A stretch of 38,933 nt of DNA from a virus. The position numbers and the translations under genes are program-made. A model generated the notes under the pieces. It searched no databases, was not told the DNA's origin, and saw nothing but the letters and a program-made list of their open reading frames with translations. How positions within the stretch are numbered: the first letter of the stretch is position 1; each line of letters opens with the position of its first letter. This document shows positions 33,294 through 38,929 of this stretch, piece after piece. The stretch lies in the IMG/VR virus record IMGVR_UViG_3300021399_000041, positions 1 through 38,933 of that record; one strand, written 5' to 3'.

Positions 33294-33976
33294 ACGCTTT
33301 CGATGTATTTAATTATACCCTCAACATGCAGACGCGCCAGCGCGTGCTTTCCGTCTTCAGACAGCAGCCAGTCGGTATCTGCCTTATTATCCATAAACAT
33401 GTTTTCTGTCAGCACCGCCGGGCATTCCGTATGCTTCAGCACGTACAAAGCGGCTTCCATGTCGCTGTCGCCGTCTGTTGTGTCTCTGCGTATAGGTTTC
33501 TGCACCTTTTCCGTAGCCGGGAAAGTCTTTGCGTAGTCTTTTAGATTCGCTTCAGCGGCCTTGTAAAGACATTCTGCCAGCGTGTCGGCCTTTGTCTTAC
33601 CTACAGACGTGTAGGCACTCCAGCCGCGTGCGTTAAGCCACTGGCCACCGTTTCCGGCGGCGTTCACATGAATAGACACATACATGCAGTTAGCAGCCTT
33701 AAACAGCTTACAAGCGGCGTTTACAAACTTCACCCTATATTCCAGTTCGCGCTGCTGCTGGCCTTTGGCCGTAGTAGCCTGCATGTCCTTACACGGTGTC
33801 ATGTCTTCATAGTCTACCATTACATGATAGTCGTATGCTTCCAGCTTCGCTTTGATGTCAGCCACCAGCGCGCGGCTGTAGGCGTATTCTTTTAGCCTGC
33901 TGTCCGGGCTGCATTTGCCGGGCGTAGTGGCTAAGTGTGCCGTGCCTAATATGATAACAGCTTTATTCTTCTGCAT
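33290..33976 (-). CDS. N-acetylmuramoyl-L-alanine amidase (endolysin)
   Basis: 228 aa; ILGTAH...VSIHVNAAGNGG...VLTENMFMDN motifs of Amidase_3-type lysins. Confidence 0.85.
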   Translation of the reverse strand: MQKNKAVIILGTAHLATTPGKCSPDSRLKEYAYSRALVADIKAKLEAYDYHVMVDYEDMTPCKDMQATTAKGQQQRELEYRVKFVNAACKLFKAANCMYVSIHVNAAGNGGQWLNARGWSAYTSVGKTKADTLAECLYKAAEANLKDYAKTFPATEKVQKPIRRDTTDGDSDMEAALYVLKHTECPAVLTENMFMDNKADTDWLLSEDGKHALARLHVEGIIKYIESV

Positions 33977-34466
33977 TTTCTTCTTTGTGTTTCTTGTCGT
34001 AGCGGTCTACCAGTTCGCTAATGTGTCCGGGTAGTAGCCGCTTCAGTTCCAAACGTATTACTAAGTAGATTATCCAAAGCCCTTTGTTCTTAGGGTACGC
34101 TATGACTAAGTTCTTGAAAGCGTTCTGCACGTACACATACATGATAACGTATGTTAGTGTCTTCGCGGCATACACGGCGGCTGTACCGTCACCGCAAAGC
34201 CACATAACGCCATGAATCAGCCATAAGATAGATACATACAAAGCCAGTTCTACCAGCGCGCCACGCAGTTTCTTCATACTGAAGCGTTTGCAGCGGAATA
34301 TAACCACGCCGTCGGCTCTCATACCAGCCCAAATATTAAAAGACGCTACCAGTATCAAAGCCAGTACGAATTTATGCGTAGGCATAATGACTGCGAAGAC
34401 TGGCGCACTGAATCCCGTAAACACCAAACGCAGCGTGTCGCTGCTGAATATTGTTATACCGTTCAT
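33963..34466 (-). CDS. Holin (multi-TM membrane protein)
   Basis: 167 aa with about 4 hydrophobic helices and a charged C-terminus (DRYDKKHKEENAEE); overlaps the amidase start by 14 nt. Confidence 0.65.
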   Translation of the reverse strand: MNGITIFSSDTLRLVFTGFSAPVFAVIMPTHKFVLALILVASFNIWAGMRADGVVIFRCKRFSMKKLRGALVELALYVSILWLIHGVMWLCGDGTAAVYAAKTLTYVIMYVYVQNAFKNLVIAYPKNKGLWIIYLVIRLELKRLLPGHISELVDRYDKKHKEENAEE

Positions 34467-34471
34467 AACTG

Positions 34472-34930
34472 CTAAGTGTTATAAATAAGCTGGCCTTGCT
34501 CGTTCAGTTCAAAGTTTTCTGCCATACCGTCCACCGTAAGCCCCAGCGTTTCCGGGTCGATTTCAAAGTTTGGCCATTCAAACGGCGTTACGCCCAGCGT
34601 GAAGTCTACCACGTCGTCGGCTTCCTCTCCGGCTTCAGCGTCAGCGTTCCAGTTTACCACTTCTACGCTGTCTTCCTGCGCCCACCGCTTTGGCAGCGCG
34701 CCCACCTTTGCCGTCAGTTCTATGCCGTAGCAGCCGCAGACGACTGACGGCGGTACGATGCCGATAAGTTCGTTATCTTCGCCGTCAGCCGCTACTACTG
34801 GCACGTCATAGCCGCCGCCCGTGCTGGTAGTCAGACGCAGACGTACTTCGGACATTTGCGTAACGTCCGCTGTCGTGTCAGCTATCTGCACTTTGATGTA
34901 TTGGGCATTGCCTCTGACGATTTTCTTCAT
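34472..34930 (-). CDS. Hypothetical structural protein (152 aa) sharing a C-terminal module with the 211..1596 fibre
   Basis: C-terminus WPNFEIDPETLGLTVDGMAENFELNEQGQLIYNT compared with FPRFDCDPETMAVYIESAPTDAGRFELAEDGCLYVNF. Confidence 0.6.
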   Translation of the reverse strand: MKKIVRGNAQYIKVQIADTTADVTQMSEVRLRLTTSTGGGYDVPVVAADGEDNELIGIVPPSVVCGCYGIELTAKVGALPKRWAQEDSVEVVNWNADAEAGEEADDVVDFTLGVTPFEWPNFEIDPETLGLTVDGMAENFELNEQGQLIYNT

Positions 34931-34934
34931 TTTC

Positions 34935-35537
34935 TTAGATGGTAAATGTTAGCTTTTCGGGATAGCCTGCCGTGAAGTCATACGCCAGTATTTCTTCCAC
35001 GGTCAAAGTCATGTCGTCAATAGCGGCCAAATGTGCGCTGGTTTGGTTGTAGCACTTCACCGCGTACACTTCCAGTTCTTGCAACATGGCCAGCAGCTTT
35101 GCACATTCTATTTCCGGCGACAAATCAAACTCCCTAATATCCAAATGGTAGTTACCTTTACGGGCTGACTTCCACGCGCTGACGCTTTCGCGTATCTGTG
35201 CGCGCTTCGCCACGGGTAGCCAGTAGGGAATAGTAGTGCCTATGGCCTCAACTTCAAAGCTGAATTCATTAATGGCTGCGCTGTTGTCGTAGTCGTTAAT
35301 GGCCTGCTTCATAAACTGGCGTGCTATGGCCGTCGCTTCTGTCTCGTCTGTTTCCAGTTCGATGTAGTTGGCCACATGTACGGTACGCTGGCGTGGTTCC
35401 TCGCCCTCGCCTGCTTCGTCGGTTACTTCACGCTCTGAATGATTAAAATAGACGCGCTTCACGGTCTTACCGTCGCGCGTGGCTACCGTCTGCACTTCCG
35501 GCTGGCGGCTGTTGGCTTCGTCTTGTTTGTAAATCAT
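34935..35537 (-). CDS. Hypothetical protein (200 aa) downstream of the DGR
   Basis: ORF; no motif recognised. Confidence 0.6.
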   Translation of the reverse strand: MIYKQDEANSRQPEVQTVATRDGKTVKRVYFNHSEREVTDEAGEGEEPRQRTVHVANYIELETDETEATAIARQFMKQAINDYDNSAAINEFSFEVEAIGTTIPYWLPVAKRAQIRESVSAWKSARKGNYHLDIREFDLSPEIECAKLLAMLQELEVYAVKCYNQTSAHLAAIDDMTLTVEEILAYDFTAGYPEKLTFTI

Positions 35538-35742
35538 ATTCTATAACTTTAAGTGGTTCTTTCTCTTTGTCGTTCAGCGCGGCAAAGTAATAGTACCCGT
35601 CACGCTTTCTTATTATCTTCGTGTAATGTGGCAGTTCTGCTTCAGTGCCGCGTATTGTCTTCAGCAACTTGTAGCCCTCTGCTAACAGCAGACGCGCTTC
35701 TATTGCGCCGTCTTCCACATAGTACACTTGCGCTGCCAGCAT
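35467..35742 (-). CDS. Possible small ORF (91 aa) directly after the RT; coding status uncertain
   Basis: The ATG at 35742 (MLAAQVYYVEDG...) lies 35 nt after the RT stop. The ORF overlaps the next gene by 71 nt. The longer version to 35886 would overlap the RT. Confidence 0.3.
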   Translation of the reverse strand: MLAAQVYYVEDGAIEARLLLAEGYKLLKTIRGTEAELPHYTKIIRKRDGYYYFAALNDKEKEPLKVIEYDLQTRRSQQPPAGSADGSHARR

Positions 35743-35776
35743 CTCTTTTCCTGCGTGCAACTGACTGGCCGTTATC

Positions 35777-37132
35777 TCAAAATGGCAAATCAGCAGCGGC
35801 TTGTAAAGCAGCTGGCCGCAGTAGGCGCGCTTTCCTAAATACTGGTGCTTTAGTATCTTTTGCCCCCTCGATGTCGATAAGTCCATATAGCGGATATTGT
35901 GCTTTATGCTCCGGGCTTCTGAAGTCCGGCGCGGTTGTTAGTATCTTTTTCAGTTTGTTGTGCCATGCCTTTTGTCTGTGCCTGCGCTTCACCTCTGCAC
36001 GGCCAGCAGCCAGCATGTCGAAAAATTCCGGGTATTTCCGTTTCCAGTAGTTTATAAGGTTCGCCACGTCCAAATCTCGCAGACTGCCGCTAACGCCAGC
36101 CCAGCTTTGCATAGCCTTTTCCGGGTTCCAGCCCTCACGTATGCGCGTCTTCATCATTGCTTCCACTCTCCGGCGGCTCACACGTCGAAGCCACGCGCGC
36201 CTGCTGTTCACCATTGCGCCCAAACACTCAAAGCGTTCTTTTTCCACATTCAGCACGCGCCAGTTAGCTTTCAGCGTTTGCTTCATATCATCCTCAACAC
36301 TGGCACGTAGCACGCGCATAGCCGTATGCAGATAGTTTACGTCTTTGTGTATCATATATTTGTCGTCACAAAAGCGGTAGTAGCGGCGTATCTTATAGGC
36401 TAACAAAAGCTGCCAGTCTGTCGCTGCGTGGTAAACATGACCTAACACGTTGCTACTTGGCAGTCCTAAAGCCATGCCTACGCTACCCATGCGGCTAAGA
36501 TTCACTTCAGACAGCCAAAGCAGCCATTTGTCTTTGATATGGTCTGCCAGTATCTTCAGCAGCACTTCGTGGTTTGTTGTAGGGTAGAATTTGGCCGTGT
36601 CGCCAGTACCTACGAATAAGTCCGGCCTATGCCTCACTTTGCGGATAATCTCACGCCGCATGTCATGCTGGCCTTTGCCCTTGATGCTGCCGTAGCTGTT
36701 GGCTGGTATGATATGCTTCTTTTCCATGAAGACGTACTGAAGACAGTCGAAATACAAAATGTCTACTATCAATTCTTCCGGCCTGCTGGCATAGATTACA
36801 CGGTGCTTATTGTTTTCTTTCTTGTCGAAGACAATAAACGCGCGCGGCTTCCATACCATATAGCGAAGCTGGTAGTAAAGCCGCGTAACGTTTTCGTCTA
36901 AGTGTCCTAACCAGTCATGCCATGCGGCGCGTATCTCGTTAGTCCATTCCTTTTGTTTTTCGGGTCTGTTCAGATATTCCACTATTAGCAGAATTCTTTC
37001 GCGCGTCAGCATCCGCTTTCGCACATTGCCCACTTTCTTTGTCATTTTAATGCGTTTGCTAATTGGCGACACCATTTCTTCGTTCGGACTTATTCCCGTG
37101 CCGTCCTGCCAGTCATGCCAGCCTACTGCCAC
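35777..37132 (-). CDS. DGR-type reverse transcriptase with atypical motifs
   Basis: RT motifs in order: NKHRVIYASRPEELIVD (1/2), NSYGSIKGKGQHD (2a), GTGDTAKFYPTTNH (A/3), GLPSSNVLGHVYH (4), YYRFCDDKYMI (C/5), FECLGAMV (6) and QSWAGVSGS (DGR thumb motif ASWxGH-like). Immediately 3' of the TR. Start is uncertain (GTG 37132, ATG 37075 or ATG 37045). Confidence 0.85.
   Translation of the reverse strand: MAVGWHDWQDGTGISPNEEMVSPISKRIKMTKKVGNVRKRMLTRERILLIVEYLNRPEKQKEWTNEIRAAWHDWLGHLDENVTRLYYQLRYMVWKPRAFIVFDKKENNKHRVIYASRPEELIVDILYFDCLQYVFMEKKHIIPANSYGSIKGKGQHDMRREIIRKVRHRPDLFVGTGDTAKFYPTTNHEVLLKILADHIKDKWLLWLSEVNLSRMGSVGMALGLPSSNVLGHVYHAATDWQLLLAYKIRRYYRFCDDKYMIHKDVNYLHTAMRVLRASVEDDMKQTLKANWRVLNVEKERFECLGAMVNSRRAWLRRVSRRRVEAMMKTRIREGWNPEKAMQSWAGVSGSLRDLDVANLINYWKRKYPEFFDMLAAGRAEVKRRHRQKAWHNKLKKILTTAPDFRSPEHKAQYPLYGLIDIEGAKDTKAPVFRKARLLRPAALQAAADLPF
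35834..35872 (-). promoter_or_regulatory. Late-gene bipartite repeat, copy F, inside the 3' end of the RT gene (CATCGAGGGGGCAAAA-N16-GTATTTAGG)
   Basis: Plus strand has tttgccccctcgat at 35859-35872, encoding IDIEGAK of the RT. The distal half is a weaker match (cctaaatac at 35834-35842). Confidence 0.45.
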
Positions 37133-37251
37133 ACGTTTGCCTACTTGCTGTCTTTAAGTGTCTAATTTGATTGTGCAACCTTTGGCACCGTTCTGAATTC
37201 CATGCTTTCTTTTGATACATATTTCCGGCTGTGTGACAAAACAGCTGGCCA

Positions 37252-37356
37252 TTAGTTCACCGCCCGCGTTGGTTCCAGTTCGCATTCCCAGCCGAATTGT
37301 TCGCATTCCGAGCAAACACGCCACAATTCGCGCCGTTGTTCGAGTTCCCACCAGCG
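37252..37356 (-). repeat. DGR template repeat (TR)
   Basis: Non-coding copy of VR, offset exactly 260 bp. In the VR frame it reads AGGNSNNGANCGVFARNANNSAGNANWNQRGR and is rich in AAC/AAT codons. All differences from VR are at TR adenines (T on the plus strand). Confidence 0.9.
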
Positions 37357-37477
37357 GGCTGGAATTCAGCCCGTCGCGCATATTAAGCCATGCGCCGCTA
37401 ATTCTCTTTGACAGACGCGCGGCGCGCCCGGCCATTCAAAACCGGGTCGCCGTTCATCTGTTCAACTTGGCTTCGCC

Positions 37478-37490
37478 GTCGCTTTGCGAC
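37478..37490 (-). other. Small hairpin 12 nt downstream of the target stop codon (candidate DGR homing-associated hairpin)
   Basis: Minus-sense GTCGC-AAA-GCGAC, flanked by the 13-bp direct repeats at 37453-37465 and 37501-37513. Confidence 0.35.
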
Positions 37491-37501
37491 ATTCAGCTGC
37501 T

Positions 37502-38929
37502 TCATCTGTTCAAAGCACACCGCCCGCGGAGGTCCCAGTTCGCATACCCAGCCGAAGCGGACGCAGACCGAGCAAACACGCCACAAAACGCGCCGTTGAG
37601 CGAGGTCCCACCAGCGTAGAAGACCGTACCGCCACCAGTAATTAAATACTGGCCGTCAGTAACGCCCGTGCTGCTGCTGCCGTCTTCGTCTTCAGCCATG
37701 CCAAAGAAGTTAATATTCTTTGGATATTTCCAGTTATTAGCATCTACGACATGGAAATTAACGGTAATCTCTGCGTTATCGTCGGTAACGGTTACGGCGG
37801 CGTTAGCCTTTACGTCGTCCATTGTGAATTTAGCCACGCCGTTGGCTGTAAACTTCCAGCCAGCACCCCAAAGCCACTGCTTGCCGTCGATGGCATTTTC
37901 GCAATACATAAAGCGATGGCCACCGCCAACAGCACCACATGCAGCTACCAGCGTGTCAGTGGTTCCGGCTACCCAGTTACGTGCTGCTGATTCACCGCCG
38001 CCGTTCATCTGACCGCCGCGTGCTGTAGCCACGTCGAATGTACCGTAGTAGGCGACTTCCAGCCAGCCGAATACGATAATCTCCCACGCCGTCCAGTTCA
38101 GCAGATTGGCATTTGTTGCCACGGTCATGCTGTGAATGCTGTTTGCGCTGAAGTTGCCAGTAGGCTGGCTGTTTCCGGCGGCGCAATCCAGTGTAGTGCC
38201 GTCTTCGTTGAAAGTCAGGTCGTAGCGTCCCATGCACTTTGTACCGTTCTTAAACCAGCGATAGAAGCCGTTAGGACATACGCTGTCTAAGTTGAAGTAC
38301 ACCGTCATGGTACGGTCTAACAAGTTGATAAACGGTGCTACGTTGATGTTCTGAAGTTCCACCAGCTGCAAATAGTCGTTTTTGTCGTCAGTGGCGTAGT
38401 GGCTACCCGTGCCGTCTGCGCGCTCCGTCCAGTTCACGTTACTGGCTACGCCAGCCTCGTTACGCAGATAGGCAAAGTTCGTGAAGTCTTTCTTGATTTC
38501 ACACGGTTTGCCGCTGGTCTCTACCCACGTCTTAAACTTGTTGTAAAGCGTGGTGTTTCCTACTACGGTAATGGTCTTTACCGCGTCGTCGATGTTCCAG
38601 CGTATGCCAAAGCTGGCCAGCTGAAGCGTCTGTAGTTCGTTAGTCACCTTTGCGGCGATTTCTCCGATTTGCCCGGTAATGACTTGTGCGTTAGCCTCTG
38701 CGTGTGCTGCTGCTGCTTTAGCTGCTGCTGTAGCTGCTTGGCATTCTGCAATAGCCTGCGAAGCCGGAATGGTTACACCAGTCTGCATGTCGATACCCAG
38801 CTGCCAGTCTTCTGATGGTGTCTGTTCGCCGTTTACGATAGTTGGCAGCGGCGCGGTATTTGGGTTATCGGCCTGCGCCGTCTTCTGCCCCGTCTTTGAT
38901 ACCCACCAGTTACCAAATTCGTCCTGCAC
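37502..38929 (-). CDS. DGR target protein: fibre/receptor-binding protein with a C-terminal C-type-lectin-like variable tip (continues to the ATG at 184 across the circular junction)
   Basis: 475 aa in the window, about 502 aa once circularised. N-terminal fibre-like segment (GNWWVSKTG..., Ala-rich coiled coil AATAAAKAAAAHAEANAQ). C-terminal GGxxxNGAxCG...W..R..C pattern typical of DGR CLec-fold variable proteins. Confidence 0.9.
   Translation of the reverse strand: MQDEFGNWWVSKTGQKTAQADNPNTAPLPTIVNGEQTPSEDWQLGIDMQTGVTIPASQAIAECQAATAAAKAAAAHAEANAQVITGQIGEIAAKVTNELQTLQLASFGIRWNIDDAVKTITVVGNTTLYNKFKTWVETSGKPCEIKKDFTNFAYLRNEAGVASNVNWTERADGTGSHYATDDKNDYLQLVELQNINVAPFINLLDRTMTVYFNLDSVCPNGFYRWFKNGTKCMGRYDLTFNEDGTTLDCAAGNSQPTGNFSANSIHSMTVATNANLLNWTAWEIIVFGWLEVAYYGTFDVATARGGQMNGGGESAARNWVAGTTDTLVAACGAVGGGHRFMYCENAIDGKQWLWGAGWKFTANGVAKFTMDDVKANAAVTVTDDNAEITVNFHVVDANNWKYPKNINFFGMAEDEDGSSSTGVTDGQYLITGGGTVFYAGGTSLNGAFCGVFARSASASAGYANWDLRGRCALNR
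37512..37616 (-). repeat. DGR variable repeat (VR), last 35 codons of the target gene
   Basis: Encodes AGGTSLNGAFCGVFARSASASAGYANWDLRGRCAL. There are 15 mismatches to TR in the 99-bp core (37518-37616 vs 37258-37356) plus 4 in the 6-bp 3' extension, all opposite TR adenines. Confidence 0.9.

Larger units (their letters stand above)
35777..38929 (-). other. Diversity-generating retroelement cassette: target gene with VR, then TR, then RT
   Basis: See the VR/TR alignment and RT motifs. Order on the minus strand is target (38929-37502), VR (37616-37512), TR (37356-37252), RT (37132-35777). Confidence 0.9.

Noticed and set aside
37154-37619. ORFs 37154..37435 (minus), 37212..37619 (plus), 37398..37586 (minus) and 37408..37599 (plus) as possible Avd/accessory genes
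   Set aside because: All of them overlap the TR and/or VR in non-VR frames, and their products are Arg/Ala/Gly-rich with no helical-bundle character. The region is better explained as TR plus spacers.
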